A DNA stretch of 64,000 nt, from positions 15,246-79,245 of IMG/VR virus record IMGVR_UViG_3300017991_000096. One strand, 5' to 3'. Shown here piece after piece: positions 56,076 through 63,809 of this stretch (position 1 is its first letter; every line of letters starts with the position of its first letter). The translations under genes and the position numbers were made by a program. The notes beneath the pieces were generated by a model. The model did not search any database. It was given only the letters and a program-made list of their open reading frames with translations, and was not told the origin of the DNA. This stretch comes from a virus.

Positions 56076-56678
56076 ATGGCCAAGAACACCAAGAAGTCCA
56101 CCGCCAAGTCCACCACCAAGAACGCCGGCAGCAAGAAGTCCACCAAGAAGTCCGCTCCCAAGAAGGTCACCGCGGCCAAGGGCGGTAAGAGCAAGGGCGG
56201 CAAGAGCGGCAAGAAGAAGGCGCCGCCCAAGGCGGGTGAGGCTGCCAAGCAGTTGAGCGGCGAGGCGTTCCGAAAGTGGAACCACGTCGCTGCCATGCAG
56301 GAGGTCTGGCCGAACGCCCAGCGCGGTCACGTCATCAACGTCCCCAGCGCCACGGTCGAGGGCCGCACCGACATCGCGGTTGTCCTCTACCCAAGCAACG
56401 CGGAGTCGGACGGGTCCGCACTCATCATCCGCAACAGCGGAAAGTACAGCGCCCAGAAGTCGGCCAAGCTGGCCGAGCAGTTCTCCAAGCTGGTCGGGAT
56501 GCTGGCCGACCCTGGCGACGACTGCGACGCGCACCAGAGTGAAGCCGGCGACTGGCTCCACTTCATCGACATGGTCGTCCCTCCCGCCGTCCAGCGGGTC
56601 CTCGACAACCAGACGGCGGCACCCGCCAAGAAGTCCAAGGCGAAGGCCAAGGGCAAGCGCGGCAAGAAGGCCGCCTAG
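56076..56678 (+). CDS. protein with histone H1-like K/S/T/A-rich tails at both ends
   Basis: AAGGAG RBS; MAKNTKKSTAKSTTK...KKSAPKKVTAAKGGKSKGGKSGKKK and C-terminal PAKKSKAKAKGKRGKKAA. Confidence 0.7.
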   Translation: MAKNTKKSTAKSTTKNAGSKKSTKKSAPKKVTAAKGGKSKGGKSGKKKAPPKAGEAAKQLSGEAFRKWNHVAAMQEVWPNAQRGHVINVPSATVEGRTDIAVVLYPSNAESDGSALIIRNSGKYSAQKSAKLAEQFSKLVGMLADPGDDCDAHQSEAGDWLHFIDMVVPPAVQRVLDNQTAAPAKKSKAKAKGKRGKKAA

Positions 56679-56745
56679 TCGAAACGCCCCCGCTTCGGCG
56701 GGGGTGTCTACCGGACCCGGCCCCCCGGTACTGATGAGACAGGCC
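56673..56745 (+). ncRNA. type II hammerhead ribozyme (HHR1)
   Basis: Stem II GTC/GAC; GAAA 56681-84; stem III CGCCCCCGC-TTCG-GCGGGGGTG; GUC cleavage triplet 56706-08; stem I TACCGG/CCGGTA; CTGATGA 56731-37. Confidence 0.92.
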
Positions 56746-56762
56746 AGAAAGAGTCACCCACC

Positions 56763-56951
56763 ATGCAAACCAACATCGAAGTCGTCCCCTCCCAAGGCTC
56801 CAACGGTATCCGCTTCATCGCTCTCATCCTCTGCCCCGGTCAGCCCCTCAAGCTGTACCTCGGTCGCAACGGCAAGCCCACCGCGGCCCGTCACCTTGCC
56901 CGAGAGTGGAAAACCGAGCGCGGTGCCAAGACCGCTGTCGCCAGCATCTAA
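56763..56951 (+). CDS. small hypothetical protein
   Basis: 62 aa directly after HHR1; WKTERGAK motif. Confidence 0.55.
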   Translation: MQTNIEVVPSQGSNGIRFIALILCPGQPLKLYLGRNGKPTAARHLAREWKTERGAKTAVASI

Positions 56952-56991
56952 CCCGCAACCTCAACAACCCAAGCACCAAGGAGTGAGAGTC

Positions 56992-57768
56992 ATGTTCAAG
57001 AAAAACGATACGGTCAACTTCAAGCGCAACGCCATCAAGGGCTCCCCGGTCGTGTGCATCGTCCGCCACGTATCCGCCGATGGTAAGACCATCCGCCTTC
57101 GCCCCTACATCGGGTCGGAGTCGGATGCTTTCGTTGTCAATCTCACCCGCAAGGGGTGGGCCATCGGCAGCACCGGCAGCCGGTGCTTCATCACCCCGAC
57201 CGACAGCAGTCCCAAAGACAAATGCGAGAACTGCGGTGGCACCGGCTGCATCACCGCTAGGGTGCGGCGCGTCGAGACGGGCAAGTTCTCCCGCGCCTTC
57301 GAGGCGGTCTGCCCCGTCTGCTGCGGCACTGGGTTCGCCCCCGAGGAGCCCGAGGAGGAGCCCGAGGTCGAGGACATGGGCCCGCTCGATCAGATGGTCC
57401 GCGCTGCCGCAAAGTACCGCCACGGGCACGACTACATGGAGAGCGTGGTCGAGCCTGCCCTGGAGTACATCGCCAGCCAGACCCCGACGCACGACAGGTG
57501 GCGTCACTACTACGCCGAGGTGACGGACGTGCTCGACCGTAACGTCAACTGCCATGGCAAGGGTGCCGCCATCTCCGAACTCACGGAGTGGATCGAGGGC
57601 GAGTGCCGCAAGCGTCGCGCCGCGTACAAGGCCGGTCTAAGCATCAAATGGGACACGCTCAGGAAGCGGGTCCAGACCGTCGTGGAGAACACGGGTCGCA
57701 AGCCCTACAAGCGCAGCCGCCGGTCGCTCGCTGCGTTCTACGCTTCCAACCTTCCCCTTACCCAGTAG
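56992..57768 (+). CDS. hypothetical protein with DnaJ-type zinc finger
   Basis: AAGGAG RBS; CENCGGTG and CPVCCGTG repeats. Confidence 0.65.
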   Translation: MFKKNDTVNFKRNAIKGSPVVCIVRHVSADGKTIRLRPYIGSESDAFVVNLTRKGWAIGSTGSRCFITPTDSSPKDKCENCGGTGCITARVRRVETGKFSRAFEAVCPVCCGTGFAPEEPEEEPEVEDMGPLDQMVRAAAKYRHGHDYMESVVEPALEYIASQTPTHDRWRHYYAEVTDVLDRNVNCHGKGAAISELTEWIEGECRKRRAAYKAGLSIKWDTLRKRVQTVVENTGRKPYKRSRRSLAAFYASNLPLTQ

Positions 57769-57808
57769 CCCCAACCATCAACCCATCGAAAGTAAAGGAC
57801 AAAGAGTC

Positions 57809-59287
57809 ATGCGCATCAACACGAACATCATCGCCCTCACCGCCAACCGCTTCCACGGGTCGGGTATCGACGCCGACTGGACAGTCACGGAAACCGATAG
57901 CCTCACCTGGGAGGTCAGCAACGATTTTCACTGCATGGACGAGAACGGGTACTACTGCGGGTGGCTGCCCTTCACCATCATCCTCGACTCCGAGGGTCGC
58001 GTGGACGAGGTCGAGATCGCTGAGGAGGATGAGGAAACCTTCGGTGACGACATCGACGTGGAGGGGCTCAAGGAGTACCTGGCCGATGGGTGGAACGCCA
58101 TGCTCGACTCCACGGTCGAGGGCCTCTCGGACGACCCCGACAGTTGCGACATCTGGGAGGACGACGACATCACGGTCGAGACTGACCCCGATTTCGACAC
58201 CTGCTACGTCAAGGCGGTCGATCGTCTGCCCACGCCCGAGCCCGACTTCGAGTCCACGGAGGAGTGCTTGCAAGCCATGCTCACAGAGAACACCGGGCGG
58301 CACATGCTCGACAGCGGCGGCGCCTACGGTCGCCACTGGGAGCGCAACCAGGGGGTTGACTTCTCCAAGACCCCCACGGGGCACATCGAGTTCCACCGTC
58401 CCGACGACTGGTACGTGATCGTGTCCATCTATCACTTCCTGGTCAACAACCTCGACTACTGCGGGGAGCTTGACGCCGAGTTCCAGCGCTTCGCCACGAG
58501 CACCGAGTACGCAGACGAGCCGTGGGGCTCATGCGTCCACGACTGGGTCTGGCGCCGCTTCGGTCACAAGGAGGACGCCGCCACTGGGCCCTACGGTGAG
58601 AACCCCATGACCAAGGACGATCCGACGTGGGGCGGGTACACGTACAACGAGGAGAACTCCTTGAGTCAGGATTTCATCTGGGCTCAATGGACCGTGGACG
58701 GTGAGACTTTCATCGCCATCCAGATCCACGGTGGCTGCGACGCTCGCGGTGGCTTCACCCGCCCCCGCATCTTCTCGGACAGCGGCAACAGCGAACTGGG
58801 GTGGCTCGACTGGAACCGGGTCGGCATGGGCTGCGACAAGTGCCGCTGCCACGCCTACGGCGACGGGGGCGGCTGGGAGTGGTACGACGAGGACGGGCAC
58901 AGCCTCGACGTGACGGTGGCCGGCGACGGTGAGGACGATGACCGGGATGAGGAGGACAACGCCCCCGACCCCGCCGACGCGCCGCGTCTCAAGGGCAAGA
59001 AGTGCGCCGTGATCTTCGACGCGGTCACCGAACGCTGCACGGAGGAGGTCTACACGATCGAGCGCGTGTACCCTGCCCGTGGCGGCCTGTGGGTTGACCT
59101 GGACCGCCTCGTGGAGACTGGGGTCCACACGGCGTCGATGACCGTGACGCTGGATCAGGTCCGACTCCTCGAAGGTGAACTCAGCCAGGACGAGGACGGG
59201 CACGGCATCGCCCGGTGGGACGATGAGGCCAAGACCCTCCGGTGCCCGTGCTGCGAGAGCGGGCACATGAGCGCTGGCCCCTTCTAG
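57809..59287 (+). CDS. acidic hypothetical phage protein
   Basis: 492 aa; HMLDSGGAYGRHWERNQ, TYNEENSLSQ, IQIHGGCDARGGFTRP; terminal CPCC. Confidence 0.7.
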   Translation: MRINTNIIALTANRFHGSGIDADWTVTETDSLTWEVSNDFHCMDENGYYCGWLPFTIILDSEGRVDEVEIAEEDEETFGDDIDVEGLKEYLADGWNAMLDSTVEGLSDDPDSCDIWEDDDITVETDPDFDTCYVKAVDRLPTPEPDFESTEECLQAMLTENTGRHMLDSGGAYGRHWERNQGVDFSKTPTGHIEFHRPDDWYVIVSIYHFLVNNLDYCGELDAEFQRFATSTEYADEPWGSCVHDWVWRRFGHKEDAATGPYGENPMTKDDPTWGGYTYNEENSLSQDFIWAQWTVDGETFIAIQIHGGCDARGGFTRPRIFSDSGNSELGWLDWNRVGMGCDKCRCHAYGDGGGWEWYDEDGHSLDVTVAGDGEDDDRDEEDNAPDPADAPRLKGKKCAVIFDAVTERCTEEVYTIERVYPARGGLWVDLDRLVETGVHTASMTVTLDQVRLLEGELSQDEDGHGIARWDDEAKTLRCPCCESGHMSAGPF

Positions 59288-59356
59288 TCGAAACGTCCCC
59301 GCCGAGGCGGGGGCGTCCGTGGGAGGTAGCCTACCCACGCTGAATGAGACAGGCTA
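59287..59356 (+). ncRNA. type II hammerhead ribozyme (HHR2), core variant CUGAAUGA
   Basis: GTC/GAC stem II; GAAA 59290-93; stem III CGTCCCCGC-CGAG-GCGGGGGCG; GUC 59315-17; stem I CGTGGG/CCCACG; loop TAGCCT complementary to 3' tail AGGCTA. Confidence 0.85.
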
Positions 59357-59394
59357 ACCAAACAACCAAGCTAAGGTCCAAGGAGACAAGACAG

Positions 59395-59805
59395 ATGGCA
59401 AACTCAAAAGGTAAGAACCCCCGTGACAAGCAAGGCATCAGCGCTACCAAGTGGTCGGCAGACATGCGGGCCCGCTTCCCGGTCCCCGAAGGCTGCAAGG
59501 TGCTTGTCAGCTTCCCACACGGGCCCGATGGCGGGACGTGGGATCAGAGCACGGTGAACCTCGCCACCTTCTACGCCGAGGAGCGGATCGGCACCTACCA
59601 CTCATGGTCGGAGGCGCTCGCTGCCCTCGAAGCCGTGGACCGGGGTGAGGACCCGCCCAAACCTCGCCCCGCTCGCCGCGGTGCCCAGCATGAGCCCTTG
59701 AAGGCAGTGCTGCTCGCCAAGGCCGACGCGCTCGACGCTGAGGCGAAGCGGTTGATCGACAAGGCCGCCACCATCCGCGACCTTGTGCGAGAGGGGGTGA
59801 TCTGA
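59395..59805 (+). CDS. hypothetical protein
   Basis: AAGGAG RBS after HHR2. Confidence 0.6.
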   Translation: MANSKGKNPRDKQGISATKWSADMRARFPVPEGCKVLVSFPHGPDGGTWDQSTVNLATFYAEERIGTYHSWSEALAALEAVDRGEDPPKPRPARRGAQHEPLKAVLLAKADALDAEAKRLIDKAATIRDLVREGVI

Positions 59806-60002
59806 TGGACACCTACAAGGTCATTCGCTTCTACCAGAACGTCAACAAGTCGCGCCGGACCATCGCACGAGGTCTGACTCTTGAGGAGGCGCAGGAGCAC
59901 TGCTCCGATCCCGAGACGAGTTCTCGGACCTGCACTACCGCGGCAGGCAAGCGACGCACCGCGCAACACGGACCCTGGTTCGACGGATACGAGAAGGAGT
60001 AG
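59805..60002 (+). CDS. small phage protein
   Basis: YKVIRFY...RTI.RGLTLEEAQ.HC.DPETSS...PWFDGY; TGATG coupling. Confidence 0.65.
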   Translation: MDTYKVIRFYQNVNKSRRTIARGLTLEEAQEHCSDPETSSRTCTTAAGKRRTAQHGPWFDGYEKE

Positions 60003-60006
60003 AACG

Positions 60007-60261
60007 ATGCTGCAAGAGTACCAACGCCTCAACTTCACCACCATGCTGCGCGCCGCCGAGGACGGGAACCTCTGCATCATGGAGTGCCTCGACAAGACCA
60101 CCAACGAGGTCGTCGCCGTCGTCTGTGCCGCCGGCTATGACCCCGTCAACGGCGAGGTCGCTATCACCCCCTTCGCCGTGATGGCCGATGATGGGTACGA
60201 GCGCTTCTCACCCCCCAACCCCGATGGCGGGTTCTGCCAGGAGGAGGACGACAATGGGTAA
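60007..60261 (+). CDS. DUF6117-like small protein
   Basis: NF.T.LRAA.DGNL..MEC.D..T.E...V.CA.....G....TPF......YE...PP. Confidence 0.6.
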   Translation: MLQEYQRLNFTTMLRAAEDGNLCIMECLDKTTNEVVAVVCAAGYDPVNGEVAITPFAVMADDGYERFSPPNPDGGFCQEEDDNG

Positions 60262-60802
60262 GAGCTTTCGATGGCTCTCCGGTGATACCAACTGGAGCGA
60301 GCAAGGCGGCCGATGGTTCCGCCGCGTCAGCGAGTACCGCTATCACGTCATGGAACTCATGCCCAAGAGGTTCGTAGGCTTCGCTGGCGGCGACCCCTAC
60401 ACCGTCAACCTCATCATGGTGGACCTGGACGAGCTAGCGACTGTCGGCGCCGCGGCGCACAGCCGAGGATGGTATCTCCAAGGCAGCGGATGGGACGGCA
60501 CGAAGTGTCGCTTCCAGATCTACGATGTGAAGGCACGCACCCTCATCGCCACTGGTGACGCTGCTGTCCGAGCGACCTTGGTTGACGCTATCGCTGATAT
60601 GCCTGCCCCCTACTCGCACCCGATCGCGTCGTGGCGAGGTGAGAACCACACCGCCCTTCGCAGGATGGCACGCGAGCGCAGCGTGGCCGAAGGTGACCGG
60701 GATCCTCCCGCCACTTGGAGGGACAAGGCAGAGCACGACGGCACCCGGTGCCCTGACTGCTCGCAGACGAGGTGCCCACCCGACTGCCCCAGCAACGCAT
60801 AG
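60254..60802 (+). CDS. hypothetical protein
   Basis: GGAGG RBS; Cys-rich C-terminus. Confidence 0.55.
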   Translation: MGKSFRWLSGDTNWSEQGGRWFRRVSEYRYHVMELMPKRFVGFAGGDPYTVNLIMVDLDELATVGAAAHSRGWYLQGSGWDGTKCRFQIYDVKARTLIATGDAAVRATLVDAIADMPAPYSHPIASWRGENHTALRRMARERSVAEGDRDPPATWRDKAEHDGTRCPDCSQTRCPPDCPSNA

Positions 60803-60821
60803 AAGGTCGATACCAACCACG

Positions 60822-60854
60822 AGCCCGCTGGTGACCCCAGCGGGCTTTCTTTTT
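60822..60854 (+). terminator. intrinsic terminator closing the 56-61 kb cassette
   Basis: AGCCCGCTGG-TGACC-CCAGCGGGCT followed by TTCTTTTT. Confidence 0.8.
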
Positions 60855-60983
60855 GGTCCCCTCCACACCTACATCGTCTCACATGAACGGATGTTCAGGG
60901 CCCCAGCGGGGGGCCTGGCAACGGGCCGCGCGGGCCCTACTTCGGGACCGCGTCAAACCGGCCTAGCGCCCACGCTACGGGCC

Positions 60984-61062
60984 AGCGGGGCACGGGCCGC
61001 GGGCACCCTAGCGGGGCACGGGCCGCGGCCTTGTAGGGACGCCGTAGGGACGCCGTAGGGAC
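60984..61062. repeat. 19-bp direct repeat plus 11-bp tandem repeat in non-coding DNA
   Basis: AGCGGGGCACGGGCCGCGG at 60984 and 61010; GTAGGGACGCC x2.7 at 61033-61062. Confidence 0.85.
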
Positions 61063-61139
61063 TGTGCGCTAGCTCACAAACTGCCCTGCGCACCTAGCGC
61101 ACGCGCAAATGGCGCAGTCTGAGCCGTATGGGCGCACGC

Positions 61140-61167
61140 TTGACGGCGTGGTGACGGCGTGTATATG
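61140..61167 (+). promoter_or_regulatory. promoter with tandem operator-like repeats
   Basis: TTGACG -35 box; TGACGGCGTG repeated at 61141 and 61152; TATATG just upstream of the RHH gene. Confidence 0.5.
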
Positions 61168-61174
61168 AGTAAGC

Positions 61175-61495
61175 ATGGCACGCATGGTCAACTTCCGCCT
61201 CGCACAGCACACCGAGGACCAACTGGTAGATGCTGTCGAGACTCTGGGGCTGGCCGACAGAACGCAAGCGGTGAAGATCGCTATCGCCATGCTCCACGAG
61301 GCCGCGAGCGCCGACGCTAGCGCAGTGGACGTGAACAAGTACATGCGCCAGATCCGACGGGCAGAGCGCGAGGAGAAACGCAACGATGGAGCTAAGCAAA
61401 GTAGTGTTCGTGGAACTGGGAGTCCCAAACCCGCTTCAAAGGGAGTTCGCGTGCGGACAAGAAAGTCAGCCAGGCGCTCTACCCGTCAGGGGTGA
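61175..61495 (+). CDS. ribbon-helix-helix (CopG/Arc-like) regulator with basic tail
   Basis: MVNFRL......L......LG...RTQAVKIAI. Confidence 0.6.
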   Translation: MARMVNFRLAQHTEDQLVDAVETLGLADRTQAVKIAIAMLHEAASADASAVDVNKYMRQIRRAEREEKRNDGAKQSSVRGTGSPKPASKGVRVRTRKSARRSTRQG

Positions 61496-61813
61496 TGTCT
61501 GGTCCTTCAACGAGAAGGGCGACGACCTCACACGCTTCCACGTCGAGAGCCGAGAGTTTGAGGAGACGGCGGGCGGGACCTTCGAGTGCGTCCTGGGCGT
61601 CCGTAGGCTCAAGGCACCGCCTCGTGGGTGACAGACGCTACGTGTTCGTGACGGCGAAGCCGCCGCGCGTCTACGGGCCCCGAGGTGAGCCGCGTCAGCT
61701 ACGTTGGTTGCCCATCACCCCCGACGTGAGAGATGAGCAGATCTGGCAGGCTCATCCTGGCGAGTACGCCATCCACCCCGACCTCGATAGGGTCTACATA
61801 CTGGCGCAGAAGG

Positions 61814-62014
61814 ATGTTCAAGGTCGTTGACGCTGTGCAGGTGAACGACCTGCTGATCGCTGAACTGCTGGAGCTAGACACCGGCAAGCGGCGGCTCAGG
61901 CTGCGCCCCGTCAACCCTTCGGTTTACTTCCGAACCCACACCAAGGTCGATTTGACCTTACGCGAGCTTGACCTGATCGTTACTATGGTGCATAGGAACC
62001 CCAAGGAGAACTGA
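61814..62014 (+). CDS. hypothetical protein
   Basis: ATG at 61814; 66 aa; abuts the next gene. Confidence 0.45.
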   Translation: MFKVVDAVQVNDLLIAELLELDTGKRRLRLRPVNPSVYFRTHTKVDLTLRELDLIVTMVHRNPKEN

Positions 62015-62017
62015 ACC

Positions 62018-62389
62018 ATGCCCAGTGAGAACCCGTCCGTATCTTTCGTTGGTGAGCTTCGCTACGCAGACTGCTACGGCGAGGCACCACGCAGCGTGGC
62101 GGCTGGGCTCCAAGAGGTTTCGTCCTTCGACCCCCACACTGCGAAACTCGACCCCAACGCCAGCGCCGTGATCACGCCGGCTGAGTCCCCGGCGAATCTG
62201 GTGCAGATCCAGACACCGAAAGCGATCCGCGTCCGCCTCAACGGCGGCGTCGAGGACATCACGGTGAACCGCGCTCTCATCCTGTTCGGGGAGGGCATCA
62301 CCCAAGTCGAGATCTTCAACGACCAACTCGCCACACCGAAGCAACAGACGGTGTCGGTGACGTTCGCAACTGGGGGGCCCTACACATGA
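62018..62389 (+). CDS. hypothetical beta-rich protein
   Basis: AAGGAG RBS; 123 aa. Confidence 0.6.
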   Translation: MPSENPSVSFVGELRYADCYGEAPRSVAAGLQEVSSFDPHTAKLDPNASAVITPAESPANLVQIQTPKAIRVRLNGGVEDITVNRALILFGEGITQVEIFNDQLATPKQQTVSVTFATGGPYT

Positions 62390-62703
62390 ATGACCTGATC
62401 CGACCTGTCACCGTCCGCGTCTCGGACGAGATCCGAGTCCATGGGCGCAACGGACGACCCCGAACCCGCGGCATCAACCCGTGGTCCCACTACGCGGGGA
62501 GCGAGGACGGCAAGAGCCGCCCGCGTTGCAAGGCCCCAGGCTGCGACAAGTTCCTGCGCGTGACCCAGGTGGCTACGTGCTCGGATGAGTGCCGGCGAAA
62601 GCTGCGTCTGCACGCTACGATCCTGCTGGAGAGTTGTGAGCACGATGAAAAAACCGCTGACGCCGAGACACTGGAACGAACTGGTCGAATCGACCCGCTT
62701 TGA
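62386..62703 (+). CDS. Zn-ribbon protein
   Basis: CKAPGC...TCSDECR. Confidence 0.55.
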   Translation: MNDLIRPVTVRVSDEIRVHGRNGRPRTRGINPWSHYAGSEDGKSRPRCKAPGCDKFLRVTQVATCSDECRRKLRLHATILLESCEHDEKTADAETLERTGRIDPL

Positions 62704-63055
62704 GCGAGCCGAGACGCGCCAGCAGGACGCGGCAGTCACCCGTGGCATCGAGCGGGTGGCTGCCATCTTCCCTCACGACACCGTGAGCATCGGTCCCCTC
62801 GCGGACCTTGCCAACGCCTACGCGACCATCGAGCGCAACCGGACGGCGGACACTGACCCCGACACGGGGATGGTGGCGCCGCAACCCATGACCCAGAGCG
62901 TCCTCCAGGGTGGAGCCGTTGACGGAAGCGTCGCGGACCTCCCGAGGCGCCCTGGGTCTTTTCGTCTCGACTTCGCCCACCGATGCAACGGTGACGAGCC
63001 CCTCTACGAGTGGAACGACAAGGACCAGAGATGGTATCCAAGGGAGCAAAGCTAG
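62645..63055 (+). CDS. hypothetical protein
   Basis: 136 aa; overlaps both neighbours. Confidence 0.5.
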   Translation: MKKPLTPRHWNELVESTRFERAETRQQDAAVTRGIERVAAIFPHDTVSIGPLADLANAYATIERNRTADTDPDTGMVAPQPMTQSVLQGGAVDGSVADLPRRPGSFRLDFAHRCNGDEPLYEWNDKDQRWYPREQS

Positions 63056-63708
63056 TATGCAGAGATGCCCTCGTCCTGCTGAGCGCAGGGCTCGACTCCA
63101 CGGTGACCCTTGCACTCGCGGATGCGATGGGCTTTCGCTGTGAGACGGTGACCTTCGACTACGGGCAAGCCAACCGCGTCGAGCTTGAGGTCGCTCGGCA
63201 CAACGCCGAGCGCTACGGCAGCCGGAAGCACCACGAGGTGACGCTGCCGACTGAGGCTTTCGCAGGGAAGGGCGCGGCAGGTGACGACGCTCGCAAGGGA
63301 TCGGGCTACGTCCCACTACGCAACGTGGTGTTCATGTCGTATGCCGCCGCGCTCGCAGAGGCTCACACCCTCCGGTATCTGTTCGTCGGCATCGTCTCGC
63401 TCGACGGGAGACGGCTTGGGCCTAAAGGTTTCAACGGCTTTGGCGATACGAGCTTAGAGTTCCTCACCGCGTTCTCTGACGTGCTCGAAGCAACCTGCAC
63501 GCACCCCACATCGGTGATGGCTCCGCTCGCGGATACGACCAAAGCCGGTGTCATCAAGCTGGCGCGGAAGCTGGGCGTGGACCCGGAGTTGACGATGTCG
63601 TGCTACCAGCCGGACGGCTACACCCCTTGCGGGGTCTGCCTCCCGTGCCAACAGCGAAAGTGGGCGTTTCGAGATCTCAAACGCGAGGAGCTAGAAGGTC
63701 TTGGATAG
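63031..63708 (+). CDS. queC: QueC-like 7-cyano-7-deazaguanine synthase (divergent)
   Basis: VLLSAGLDS (PP-loop), TFDYGQ...EL, YVPLRN.VF, APL...KA.VI, T.SCY, CG.C.PC..R. Confidence 0.85.
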   Translation: MVSKGAKLVCRDALVLLSAGLDSTVTLALADAMGFRCETVTFDYGQANRVELEVARHNAERYGSRKHHEVTLPTEAFAGKGAAGDDARKGSGYVPLRNVVFMSYAAALAEAHTLRYLFVGIVSLDGRRLGPKGFNGFGDTSLEFLTAFSDVLEATCTHPTSVMAPLADTTKAGVIKLARKLGVDPELTMSCYQPDGYTPCGVCLPCQQRKWAFRDLKREELEGLG

Positions 63709-63730
63709 CCAAAGGCATACTTTCGGTGTG

Positions 63731-63759
63731 TTGCAAGGGCGCGTTTTGCTCGCTACCAT
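63731..63759 (+). promoter_or_regulatory. sigma70-like promoter
   Basis: TTGCAA-N17-TACCAT upstream of an AAGGAG RBS. Confidence 0.55.
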
Positions 63760-63809
63760 GGAAGTGCGCTCTGCTACTGTGAAGCGAGAGCACGAAGGAG
63801 ATTCAGACC

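Noticed and set aside
56685-56706. Intrinsic terminators at the GC hairpins after 56678 and 59287
   Set aside because: No U-tract follows; the hairpins are stem III of the hammerheads.
50710-56991. Upstream-extended starts in the ORF track (50710, 55977, 56380; also 7405, 32091, 35968, 37022, 43523)
   Set aside because: They overlap upstream genes or ribozymes extensively; downstream starts with RBS or stop-start coupling were used instead.
60984-61062. Mini CRISPR array
   Set aside because: Repeats are 11-19 bp, tandem or separated by only 7 bp, with no spacer-length unique sequences.
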